Shown one piece after another: positions 15,267 to 23,708 of a stretch of 32,000 nucleotides of DNA (positions within the stretch are counted from its first letter, which is position 1; each line of letters starts with the position of its first letter). Both the position numbers and the translations under genes were made by a program. The notes below the pieces were generated by a model. It made no database searches. It saw only the letters and a program-made list of their open reading frames with translations, and was not told where the DNA came from. Source of the stretch: Methylorubrum extorquens (GTDB lineage Bacteria; Pseudomonadota; Alphaproteobacteria; Rhizobiales; Beijerinckiaceae); assembly GCA_900234795.1 (NCBI GenBank), contig LT962688.1:4680001-4712000 (forward strand), in the 5' to 3' direction.

Positions 15267-17030
15267 TCAGCCCGCGCTACGTTGGATTTCGGACAGCCTC
15301 TCGTTCTCGGGCATCGCGCGACCGCCGGTCGCGACCAGCGCCGGAACCGGGCGCGGCCCGGAAACCTGGGTGAGGATCTGATCCGCCGGGCCCGAAGCGC
15401 GGAGCGTTCCGCCCTCCAGCATCAGGATCTGATCGGCGCCCGCCAGCAGGCTCACCTTGTGCGTGACGATCACAACCGTCGTCCCCCGCTCTCGAAGGTC
15501 CGCCACCGCCCGCATCAGCGCGGCCTCGCCGGCTTGGTCGAGGCTGGCATTCGGCTCGTCGAGGACGACCAAGCTCGGGTCCCCGTACATCGCCCGCGCC
15601 AGGGCGATGCGCTGACGCTGGCCGCCGGAGAGGCCGTGCCCGCCCGATCCGATCCGGGTGTTGTAGCCGTCCGGCAGAGCCTGGATCAGGTCGTGGCAGC
15701 CCGCGCGTTGCGCCACCGAGACGATGGCGGCGTCGTCCTGGGTGTCGAAGCGCGCGATGTTCTGCGCCACCGTGCCGTCGAACAATTCAACGTCCTGCGG
15801 CAGGTATCCGAGATGCCGGCCGAGCGCCTGCGGGTCCCAGTGCCGGAGGTCGGCTCCGTCGATGCGCACCGCGCCGGAGGTGATGGGCCAGACGCCGGTG
15901 ATCGCGCGGACCAGGGTCGATTTCCCGGCCGCACTCGGACCGATGATGCCGACGACGCTGCCGGGCTCCAGCCGCACGCTGACATCGTGGAGAATGGCCG
16001 TCGGCGAGCCCGGCGCCGCCACGACCAAATTCTCGGTCTCGATCAGACCGCGCGGACGCGGCAGCATCACGCGCTGCGGTTCGAGGCCGATGCGCCCCAC
16101 GATGTCCGCCAGCCGGGCATAGCTGCGCCGGGCCGCCGTGAAGCTCTTCCAATGCCCGACGACCGCCTCGATGGGCGCGAGCGTCCGGCCCATGATGATG
16201 GAAGCCGCGATCATCGAGCCGGCAGAGATCTCGCCATGGATGGCGAGGTAGGCGCCGACACCGAGGACCATCGTCTGCAGGAACATGCGCGTGAACTTCG
16301 TCGCCGCGGTGATGAGGCCGGCGCGATCGCTCGCCCGGGCCTGCAGCCGAATCGCCTCGTCGTGACGCCGACGCCACCGGGACCGCAAGGCGCCGAGCAT
16401 GCCCATGGCGCGCAGAACCTCGCCCCCTCGCATGGTCGCGCGGGCCTGCTCGCCCGCTTCTCGGGCCGCTTGGCTCGCCACGTCGAGGGGCCGCCGGGTC
16501 GTGAGATCGGTCAGGAGCGTGAGCCCCAGGAGCGTGCCGCCCCCGAGCAACGCCATCCAGCCGAACCACGGATGGAGGATGAAGCAGGCCATCAGGAACA
16601 GCGAGGCCCAGGGCAGGTCGCAGAGCGCCAGGATCGCGCCGCCCGTGAGGAACTCACGCAGGACATCGACATCGCGAAGGATCGTTTCGTGCCCGGCGCG
16701 CGGCTTGAGCAATGCGGCCCTGTGAACGATCTCGAAGACTGGTCCGGCAACCTTTCGATCGAAGATCATCCCGCCCCGCACCAACAGGCGCGAACGAAGC
16801 ATTTCGAGGACGGCATAGACGGCGAGCGCGAAGGCCGCGATGCCCGTGATGCCGAGGAGCGTCGCCTCGTTCCGGCTCGAGAGGACGCGATCGTAGACCT
16901 GCAGCATATACAGGGGACCGGCGAACAGAAGCAGGTTCGTGAAGAAGGCGAAGACGAACACCGTCATCAGAACGGGGCGGATCGCCCGCAGCCCATCCTT
17001 CAAGACGGACTCGGCCACACGATCGCTCAT
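15267..17030 (-). CDS. type I secretion system ABC transporter (permease + ATPase), PrtD/AprD/HasD type without an N-terminal C39 peptidase domain
   Basis: 587 aa. The N-terminal half has 6 TM segments and starts directly with FFTNLLLFAGPLYMLQVYDRVL. Walker A GPSAAGKST, signature LSGGQRQR, Walker B LVVLDEP. RBS GGGAGG lies before ATG 17030. Confidence 0.9.
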   Translation of the reverse strand: MSDRVAESVLKDGLRAIRPVLMTVFVFAFFTNLLLFAGPLYMLQVYDRVLSSRNEATLLGITGIAAFALAVYAVLEMLRSRLLVRGGMIFDRKVAGPVFEIVHRAALLKPRAGHETILRDVDVLREFLTGGAILALCDLPWASLFLMACFILHPWFGWMALLGGGTLLGLTLLTDLTTRRPLDVASQAAREAGEQARATMRGGEVLRAMGMLGALRSRWRRRHDEAIRLQARASDRAGLITAATKFTRMFLQTMVLGVGAYLAIHGEISAGSMIAASIIMGRTLAPIEAVVGHWKSFTAARRSYARLADIVGRIGLEPQRVMLPRPRGLIETENLVVAAPGSPTAILHDVSVRLEPGSVVGIIGPSAAGKSTLVRAITGVWPITSGAVRIDGADLRHWDPQALGRHLGYLPQDVELFDGTVAQNIARFDTQDDAAIVSVAQRAGCHDLIQALPDGYNTRIGSGGHGLSGGQRQRIALARAMYGDPSLVVLDEPNASLDQAGEAALMRAVADLRERGTTVVIVTHKVSLLAGADQILMLEGGTLRASGPADQILTQVSGPRPVPALVATGGRAMPENERLSEIQRSAG

Positions 17031-17434
17031 GGCACCTCCCGGCGCGCCGGTTCACGTGGCCCGGATCGCGCGGCCAAGCAGTCCGCCTGCGAATGCCGGC
17101 CACAGAGCGCCATCCCTCGGAACAGGAAGGGGAGCTTCGAGGCCGTCGGCCGGGATTCATTCCCGGAAAAATGTGACTTGTGCCGCCGCATCGCGTCCGC
17201 TTCCCCGGCTCGCGTCATCGCGTGCCGGCTTATGAATCTTAGCGCAGGCTTATTGTATTCCAAGGAGCGCCGCCGAGACCGTCGAAAATCGGACGCAATG
17301 CCAACTGGACATCGGCTGTCTGAGCGCCATATGGAAATCACTGTACCATTCGGCGCTCTCGCAATTGAGCGCTGGCGGGAGCCGCACATTTGTATGTCCA
17401 TCAGCAACGTCTCGGCTCTGAGGAGGTGCAGGAA

Positions 17435-17686
17435 TTGCGCCGCGAAGGTGGCCGCTTCCTGAAGGACCTTCGCGAGAAGCAGGGTCTCTCACAGAGACAG
17501 TTGGCTGCCCTGGTCGGTGCCGAGTACTACACCTTCATCTCACAGCTTGAGACGGGCCGCGGCCGAGTGCCCCCGGACCGGTACCGGCTCTGGGCCGATG
17601 CCCTGGGAGTGGATGCGAAAGACTTTGTGAAGAGCCTGATGCGCTTCTACGATCCGCTGACGTTCGAGATCCTCTTCGGCGACTGA
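17435..17686 (+). CDS. XRE-family helix-turn-helix transcriptional regulator
   Basis: HTH segment LREKQGLSQRQLAALVGAEYYTFISQLETGRGRVP. AGGAGG at 17421-17426 lies 8 nt before in-frame TTG 17435 (the ORF track begins at TTG 17390). Divergent from the T1SS operon. Confidence 0.75.
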   Translation: MRREGGRFLKDLREKQGLSQRQLAALVGAEYYTFISQLETGRGRVPPDRYRLWADALGVDAKDFVKSLMRFYDPLTFEILFGD

Positions 17687-17747
17687 CCCGTCGTCGATAC
17701 AGGCTCGACTCTTGCCGTAGAACGCGCGGGAAGCTGGCTGTCTGCGC

Positions 17748-17963
17748 CTATTCCGCCGCGAGGCTGAGCGTCTCCGCTTCGACAAGGACGGCGCCACAGG
17801 CTGTCATCAGGTCGCGCAGCATCGCCAGAGCGGTTTGCACTTCCGCCGGCGTCGACAAGCCCTCGCGGAAATGCGTGCCACCACCGGCCAACGTCACTGC
17901 GATGTCGAACCGTCCGTCAGGGCGTTCGAGGATCCGATACGACGCGCGGCGAGGCATGGGCAC
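17748..17963 (-). CDS. small hypothetical protein (69-71 aa), paralogue of 19046..19279
   Basis: About 40% identity over ~54 aa with the product of 19046..19279 (YRILERPDGRFDIAV...GL.T.AE...LRDLMTACGAVL versus YRVVDCPDGRFAVVV...GL.TLAE...LRAILAHCGAAL). GC3 about 76%. No good SD sequence. Confidence 0.5.
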   Translation of the reverse strand: MPMPRRASYRILERPDGRFDIAVTLAGGGTHFREGLSTPAEVQTALAMLRDLMTACGAVLVEAETLSLAAE

Positions 17964-18171
17964 GAGGGAGAGCGATGGCTGGAAGCGTGAAGACCAGCCC
18001 TGTCATGCGTCGCCCGTTCGTGCAGTTCAAGCTATGGACTTCGCTGTATCCAGCCGCTCCAAACGAGGCGTGGACAGCCGCAATGTGAGACAGAGCCCGA
18101 ATCCGCACTGATCGCGGACGACGTCATCCGGCGCTCGAAGCAGATTTGGGCCAATCGGAGAAAGATGAAGT

Positions 18172-18885
18172 TCAGGCCGGCACCTTGGTGGAAGGCGTGC
18201 TCAGCCGCTCCATCAAGTAGGAGCGAGCACGGCTTACCCGGCTCTTCACCGTACCGGTCTGGCAGCCCATGACCTCCGCGGCCGCTTCGTAAGTCAGGCC
18301 CTGCGCACCGACGAGAAGCAGCGCTTCGCGTTGGGGGGCCGGTAGCCGCGCGATGTAGGACAGGACGACCTGAAGGTCCGAGCCATGCTCCTGTGCCGCC
18401 AGCGCAACCAGTTGGCCCGCCATGACACCGTCCACGTCCTCCACCTCACGCCTGTGCTTGCGTCGCTCGGTGTAAAAGTGATTGCGGAGGATGGTGAACA
18501 GCCACGCTTTCAGATTCGTGCCTGGCACGAACCGATCCTGATTGGCCCACGCTTTCAGCACGGCCTCCTGCACGAGATCGTCGGCCCGTGCAGCACTTCC
18601 AGCGAGCGACTGCGCGAACACCTGCAGCGCCGGAAGTGCTGCCGTGAGCCCCGCGCGAAAGGCTGCGTCGCGCTCACTCGCCAGGGGCGCGAGAGCACTC
18701 TCCAGAACCCGCGTGAGATCAAGCAAATGCTGCGGCGCACCTGAAACGACGATTTCGAGATAAGTCGCCTGCAACTGAGCTCCGATGTGCTTCTGCACCG
18801 CGAAGGGCAGCCGGGCAGCTCCCGCTTTCCCTTCCGGATCCGAGCAAACCGGACCGAGTCCGCTTGCAATCAGCATGTCGATCAA
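18172..18885 (-). CDS. ECF (group IV) sigma-70 factor with an N-terminal NepR-like anti-sigma motif fused in frame
   Basis: Region 2 is DDLVQEAVLKAWANQDRFVPGTNLKAWLFTILRNHFYTERRKHRRE. The region 4 HTH is LPAPQREALLLVGAQGLTYEAAAEVMGCQTGTVKSRVSRAR. The N-terminal extension contains IGAQLQATYLEIVVSGAPQHLLDLTRVLE. Start is TTG 18885 (AAGGA 7 nt upstream) or ATG 18876. The longer ORF to 19194 is antisense to the paralogue gene and low complexity. Confidence 0.8.
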   Translation of the reverse strand: MIDMLIASGLGPVCSDPEGKAGAARLPFAVQKHIGAQLQATYLEIVVSGAPQHLLDLTRVLESALAPLASERDAAFRAGLTAALPALQVFAQSLAGSAARADDLVQEAVLKAWANQDRFVPGTNLKAWLFTILRNHFYTERRKHRREVEDVDGVMAGQLVALAAQEHGSDLQVVLSYIARLPAPQREALLLVGAQGLTYEAAAEVMGCQTGTVKSRVSRARSYLMERLSTPSTKVPA

Positions 18886-19045
18886 CCCACGTTCCTTCTC
18901 GGAGCGAGCGGCTGAGAGATGCCTGAGCCAGCTCCTCCCGCCGTACAGTGAACATCTAACTCGCGAACCTCGGGGATCGATCCATTCCGTCGGCGCGTTC
19001 GGGGTTGCGCTCGGAGTAGCGTTGAGAGCTTGCACGGTCGAAGTG

Positions 19046-19279
19046 ATGACATGCCCGGTGACGTATCGAGTCGTTGACTGTCCGGATGGTCGGTTCGCGG
19101 TCGTCGTCGTGGCTGCATCGGGTGCTGCGTACTGGCGCAACGGATTGCTCACGCTCGCAGAGGCAGAGGCTTGCGTCGAGGATCTCCGCGCCATCCTGGC
19201 GCACTGCGGCGCGGCGCTCGCGTGCTACGACAATACGCAAGACATTCAAACGGAGCGCTGGCCGCGCTCGCTGAGGTAG
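19046..19279 (+). CDS. small hypothetical protein (77 aa), paralogue of 17748..17963
   Basis: ATG 19046 within ORF 18785..19279. The product MTCPVTYRVVDCPDGRFAVVVVAASGAAYWRNGLLTLAEAEACVEDLRAILAHCGAAL... aligns with the 17748..17963 product. Divergent from the ECF sigma gene. Confidence 0.5.
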   Translation: MTCPVTYRVVDCPDGRFAVVVVAASGAAYWRNGLLTLAEAEACVEDLRAILAHCGAALACYDNTQDIQTERWPRSLR

Positions 19280-19541
19280 GTGGCCTGCGCGGGGGCTGCA
19301 ATTTCCTCGTAAGTGCACTGAGTAGCCTGCTTCAGCCGTGGACAGCCGCACGTCAGCCGGAAGAGCCCATTCTCGGCATGGAGCAGAAGCGGACAGAGGT
19401 GGCATAAGGTGTCCTTGGGCCGAAGTAGGCCTCGTAGCTCTCCGGCGACGGGCCAGGTTTCAGCCGGTTGCTTCCCCTGCCGCGATGGAGAAACTTGGCG
19501 GAGAAATTTGGCCCGGACCGTGCCTCACCTCAGATCACCGC

Positions 19542-20438
19542 ATGTTCGATTGGAACGACCTCACCTTCTTCCTGGAGTTGGCCCGGCATGGCCGGCTGAT
19601 GCCGGCCGCGCGTCGGCTCAAGGTCGATAATACGACGGTCAGCCGTCGCATTGCGGAGTTGGAGCGGGGGCTCGACACGAAACTGTTCCAGCGCTGCTCC
19701 GACGGCTTCCTGCTGACCGAGGCCGGCCACAAGCTCTTCGTGATCGCGGAGGCGATCGAACAGAAGATGCTGTCCGTGCCGGACGAACTCGGCCTCTCGG
19801 ATGGAGCCGAGCCCGCAGGACGCGTGCGTGTTGCCAGCATGGAAGGCATCGCCGCGTTCTACCTGTCGGCCAAGTTCGCCGAGTTCGCCGCCGCCATGCC
19901 CGGCATCGTGATTGAACTCGTCACGGAGCGGCACCTCATCAACCTGACCAAGCGCGAGGCCGACATCTCGGTGTCCTTCGTGCCGCCCCAGGGACCGCGC
20001 CTCAAGGTGCGGCGGGTCGGCGAGTTCCGCTTGGCCCTGTTCGGGGCGGAACGCTACTTCGCCACGCATGGCCGACCGACGACGCGCGCCGACCTTCAGG
20101 ACCACGATTTCGTGGACTACGTCGATGATCTCGTGGCGATCGAGCCGGTGCATTGGCTGCTCGAAGTCCTGAAACCGACGAACGTGGTCTTCCGCTCCAC
20201 CAGCATGGCCGCCCAGCAGACGGCCGTCGCCGCCGGGGCGGGGCTCGGCCTGCTGCCGCTTTTTTCAGCAAAAACCAACCCGGCGCTCATCCCCATCCTG
20301 GCGGACGATGTGGTGGTGCAGCGCGAACTCTATCTCGGTGTTCACGAGGATATCGAGCATGCCGGCCGGATCCGCGTCGTGACACGCTTCCTGGCCGACC
20401 TGTTCTCAAAGGAGGCAGCGTACTTGAACCGGTTTTAG
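19542..20438 (+). CDS. LysR-family transcriptional regulator
   Basis: MFDWNDLTFFLELARHGRLMPAARRLKVDNTTVSRRIAELERGL is a typical LysR N-terminal wHTH, followed by a substrate-binding domain. The start was chosen at ATG 19542 because LysR proteins begin at the HTH; the ORF track extends to 19338. Confidence 0.85.
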   Translation: MFDWNDLTFFLELARHGRLMPAARRLKVDNTTVSRRIAELERGLDTKLFQRCSDGFLLTEAGHKLFVIAEAIEQKMLSVPDELGLSDGAEPAGRVRVASMEGIAAFYLSAKFAEFAAAMPGIVIELVTERHLINLTKREADISVSFVPPQGPRLKVRRVGEFRLALFGAERYFATHGRPTTRADLQDHDFVDYVDDLVAIEPVHWLLEVLKPTNVVFRSTSMAAQQTAVAAGAGLGLLPLFSAKTNPALIPILADDVVVQRELYLGVHEDIEHAGRIRVVTRFLADLFSKEAAYLNRF

Positions 20439-20540
20439 GCAGGTCACGGCAAGAATGCAGCGGGCGTTGCGGATTTTCCACCTTCGCGACGCGGACGGCC
20501 TCTGTTGCAAATGCGGCATCCCGCTTCAGGAGCCGTGTCG

Positions 20541-21650
20541 ATGTCCGTCCAATACCCGAAGTTCAAGGCGGCCGCCTGCCACGTCGCCTCGGTCTTCCTC
20601 GACAGCATCGCTTCCGCTGAGAAGGCCGTTGCGCTGATCGGTGAGGCCGCCCGCGCGGGCGCCGACCTCGTGGTCTTTCCCGAGGGCTACATGCCGGGCT
20701 TCCCACTTTGGGCGGCCCTACGGGCGCCGATCCACAACCACGATCTGTTCAAGCGCCTCGCGGCCCAGTCCGTGCGCCTGGACGGCCCGGAGATCAGTGC
20801 GGTCCGCGCCGCCGCCCAGCGCCACGGCGTGCTCGTCTCGCTCGGGTTCAGCGAGAGCACCGAGGCCAGCGTCGGCTGCCTGTGGAACGCGAACGTGCTG
20901 ATCGGCCGCGACGGAGCGATCCTCAACCACCACCGCAAGCTCGTGCCGACCTTCTACGAAAAGCTCATCTGGGCGAACGGCGACGCCCGGGGCCTGCGCG
21001 TGACGCGCACCGAGATCGGCCGCGTCGGCATGCTGATCTGCGGTGAGAACACCAATCCGCTGGCCCGGTACACGCTGATGGCGCAGGGCGAGCAGGTCCA
21101 CATCTCGACCTACCCGCCAGCCTGGCCGACCCGCCCGCCGGGAGAGAGCGCCGCCTACGACCTAAAACGGGCCATCGAGATCCGCGCCGGCGCGCATGCC
21201 TTCGAGGCCAAGGTGTTCAACATCGTCTGCTCCGCCGTCCTCGACTCGGCCGCCAGGGCCACCCTCTGCGACGGGGACGCTGCCCTCGCCGAGCTCGTCG
21301 AGCGGACCCCCGCGGGCGTGTCCATGGTCCTCGACCCCACCGGCTCGCATGTCGTGGAGCCGCACCAGGGGGACGAGACGATCGTCTACGCCGACATCGA
21401 CGTCGAGGCCTGCGTCGAGCCCAAGCAGTTCCACGACGTCGTCGGCTACTACAACCGCTTCGACATCTTCCGCCTCCATGTCGACCGCACGCCGCGCGAG
21501 CCGATCAGCTTCGACGCGGCCGTCCGGCCGTCGGGAGTCGCCGCCGACGGCGTCGATGGGTTCGAGGCCGTCGATCCGGATGGTGCCCGCGCACAGCCCG
21601 GCCCCAGCGAGCCGGCGCCGGCCCCGCCGCTTCGCCGCGCAGGCCACTGA
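20541..21650 (+). CDS. carbon-nitrogen hydrolase, nitrilase/cyanide-hydratase branch
   Basis: CAGGAG at 20527-20532, then ATG 20541. Glu-Lys-Cys triad contexts: VVFPEGYMPGFP, HHRKLVPT, MLICGENTNPLARYTLMAQGEQVHISTYP. Pro/Ala-rich C-terminal tail. Confidence 0.85.
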   Translation: MSVQYPKFKAAACHVASVFLDSIASAEKAVALIGEAARAGADLVVFPEGYMPGFPLWAALRAPIHNHDLFKRLAAQSVRLDGPEISAVRAAAQRHGVLVSLGFSESTEASVGCLWNANVLIGRDGAILNHHRKLVPTFYEKLIWANGDARGLRVTRTEIGRVGMLICGENTNPLARYTLMAQGEQVHISTYPPAWPTRPPGESAAYDLKRAIEIRAGAHAFEAKVFNIVCSAVLDSAARATLCDGDAALAELVERTPAGVSMVLDPTGSHVVEPHQGDETIVYADIDVEACVEPKQFHDVVGYYNRFDIFRLHVDRTPREPISFDAAVRPSGVAADGVDGFEAVDPDGARAQPGPSEPAPAPPLRRAGH

Positions 21651-21758
21651 GACGGTTCGGGCGCGGCCGAGCCTCGAAGGCGACGCCGCGCCGGCTCCGG
21701 AGGCTTCGGCCTCCCGGAAGTGTTCGCAAAATCTCGCACGCATGGACGGAGGTGCAGC

Positions 21759-22055
21759 ATGCTTTCCCCCGATAGAGTGGCCCCTCGCGAGGAGGCCGAG
21801 GCGATTGCACGACTGTCGCGAACGCGATCGCGCGTGGCGGTCGTACTGAGCCTCGTGATGATCACGATGTATTTTGGGTTCATGACGATGTTCGCCTTCG
21901 CCAAGACTGCGATGGGCACGATCCTCATGCCCGGTTTGTCGCTCTGCATCCTGCTCGGTGCGGGGGTAATCGTCGGATCGTTTGTCCTTTGTCTAGTCTA
22001 CGTCGTCTGGGCGAACCGGTTCTACGACCCGGCCGTGCGCCGCATCATGAGCTGA
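21759..22055 (+). CDS. DUF485 (YjcH-like) small membrane protein
   Basis: GGAGG at 21747-21751, then ATG 21759. 98 aa with two TM segments and the typical position immediately upstream of an ActP-type symporter. Confidence 0.8.
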   Translation: MLSPDRVAPREEAEAIARLSRTRSRVAVVLSLVMITMYFGFMTMFAFAKTAMGTILMPGLSLCILLGAGVIVGSFVLCLVYVVWANRFYDPAVRRIMS

Positions 22056-22065
22056 GGAGCGAACC

Positions 22066-23634
22066 ATGCAGGCCGCCAACAACCCCCTCGCCGTCACGTT
22101 CTTCTTCATCTTCATGGCGCTGACGCTCGGCATCACCTACTGGGCCGCCCGGCGCACGCGCACCACGGAGCAGTTCTTCGCCGCCGGAGGACAGATCACG
22201 GCCTGGCAGAACGGCTGGGCCCTCGCGGGCGACTTCCTCAGCGCGGCCGCGCTGCTGGGCATTGCCGGCATCATCACGTCGCATGGCTTCGACGGCTTGA
22301 TCTACTCCATCGGCTTCCTGGTCGGCTGGCCGATCATCTCGTTCCTGATCGTCGAACCGCTGCGCAACCTGGGCAAGTTCACCTTCGCCGACGTCGTCGC
22401 CTACCGCTTGCGGCAGCGCCCGGTGCGGATGGCCGCCGCCATCGGCACCCTGACCGTGATCCTGCTCTACCTGATCGCCCAGATGGTCGCGACGGGCTCG
22501 CTGATCAAACTTCTGTTCGGCCTGCCCTACACCGCCTCGGTCATCGTGGTCGGCACCGCCATGCTCATTTACGTGATCTTCGGCGGCATGCTGGCGACCA
22601 CCTGGGTTCAGGTGATCAAGGCGGTGCTCCTTTCGCTGGGCGGTCTCGTTCTGGCGCTCCTCGTGCTCGCCCATTTCGAGATGAACCCGCTGCGCCTGTT
22701 CTCGGCAGCGGCCGACAAGTACGGCGAGCGCGTGCTCCAGCCGGGCTCCAAGGTCGCGGGAAGCGGGTGGGACGCGATCTCGCTCGGCGTCGGGCTGATG
22801 TTCGGCACGGCCGCGCTGCCGCACATCCTGATGCGCGCCTTCACGGTGCCGGATGTGAAGGAGGCCCGGATGTCGATCCTCTACGCCACCGGCATCATCG
22901 GCTCGTTCCACCTCCTCGTCTTCGTGATCGGCTTCGGGGCGATGGTTCTCGTCGGGCCCGAGGCCGTCACGAAGGCGGGCGGCGGCGGCAACATGGCAGC
23001 GCCGTTGCTCGCCCTCACGGTCGGCGGCAACGGGTTCTTCGGCTTCATCTGCGCCGTCGCCTTCGCGACCATGCTGGCGGTCGTCGCGGGCCTGACGCTC
23101 TCCGGTGTCGCGACGGTCTGCCACGATCTCTGGGTCAACGTGGTGCGCAACGGCCATGCCCCGGAGCGTGAGCAGCTCACCGTTGCCCGGATCGCGACGG
23201 TCGCCATCGCGGTCCTGGCGGTAGTGCTCGGGATCGTCTTCGAGGGCCAGAACGTCGCCTTCATGGCAGGGCTGGCTTTTGCCGTCGCCGCGGCCGCCAA
23301 CTTCCCGGCCCTGCTGCTGTCGATCACGTGGAAGCGGTTCACGACGGCAGGCGCGGTCGCCAGCATCCTGATCGGCACGTTCGCCTCGCTGCTGCTGATC
23401 AGCCTCTCCCCCACGATCCAGGTCGATGTGCTGGGGCGGAGCCTCGCGGAGGTCTCGCAGGCCTGGTGGTTCGTCCCGATGAAGAACCCGGCCCTCATCA
23501 GCATGCCGCTGTCCTTCCTGGTGGCGATTGGCGTCTCGCTCGTGACCAAGGAGGATGCGGCCGACAGCACCTTCCAGGAGATGCGCCGGAGGATCATGTT
23601 CGGTGCGTCGCGGACGGCCTACGCTGGCCGCTGA
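22066..23634 (+). CDS. actP: solute:sodium symporter family cation/acetate (monocarboxylate) symporter
   Basis: GAGGAG at 22054-22059, then ATG 22066. 522 aa polytopic protein with SSF-type sequence (AAGGQITAWQNGWALAGDFLSAAALLGIAG..., ...LPHILMRAFTVPDVKEARMS...). Paired with a DUF485 gene, as in yjcH-actP. Confidence 0.85.
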   Translation: MQAANNPLAVTFFFIFMALTLGITYWAARRTRTTEQFFAAGGQITAWQNGWALAGDFLSAAALLGIAGIITSHGFDGLIYSIGFLVGWPIISFLIVEPLRNLGKFTFADVVAYRLRQRPVRMAAAIGTLTVILLYLIAQMVATGSLIKLLFGLPYTASVIVVGTAMLIYVIFGGMLATTWVQVIKAVLLSLGGLVLALLVLAHFEMNPLRLFSAAADKYGERVLQPGSKVAGSGWDAISLGVGLMFGTAALPHILMRAFTVPDVKEARMSILYATGIIGSFHLLVFVIGFGAMVLVGPEAVTKAGGGGNMAAPLLALTVGGNGFFGFICAVAFATMLAVVAGLTLSGVATVCHDLWVNVVRNGHAPEREQLTVARIATVAIAVLAVVLGIVFEGQNVAFMAGLAFAVAAAANFPALLLSITWKRFTTAGAVASILIGTFASLLLISLSPTIQVDVLGRSLAEVSQAWWFVPMKNPALISMPLSFLVAIGVSLVTKEDAADSTFQEMRRRIMFGASRTAYAGR

Positions 23635-23657
23635 ACCCTCGGCCCGGGACTACCCAT

Positions 23658-23688
23658 GGACGGGGCGTCGAAGGACGCCCCGTCCTTT
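23658..23688 (+). terminator. intrinsic terminator hairpin between convergent genes
   Basis: GGACGGGGCGTC (23658-23669), loop GAAG, GACGCCCCGTCC (23674-23685), then TTT (23686-23688). Perfect 12-bp GC-rich stem, 24 nt after the symporter stop. Confidence 0.65.
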
Positions 23689-23708
23689 GGCGTTCGGGTG
23701 TCGGCCGC

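Noticed and set aside
17964-19045. EcfG-type promoters (GGAAC-N16-17-CGTT) around the ECF sigma gene and the small paralogues.
   Set aside because: The only GGAAC (minus strand, 18889-18893) overlaps the putative RBS and has no CGTT at the right spacing. CGAAC at about 18964 also lacks a properly spaced CGTT.
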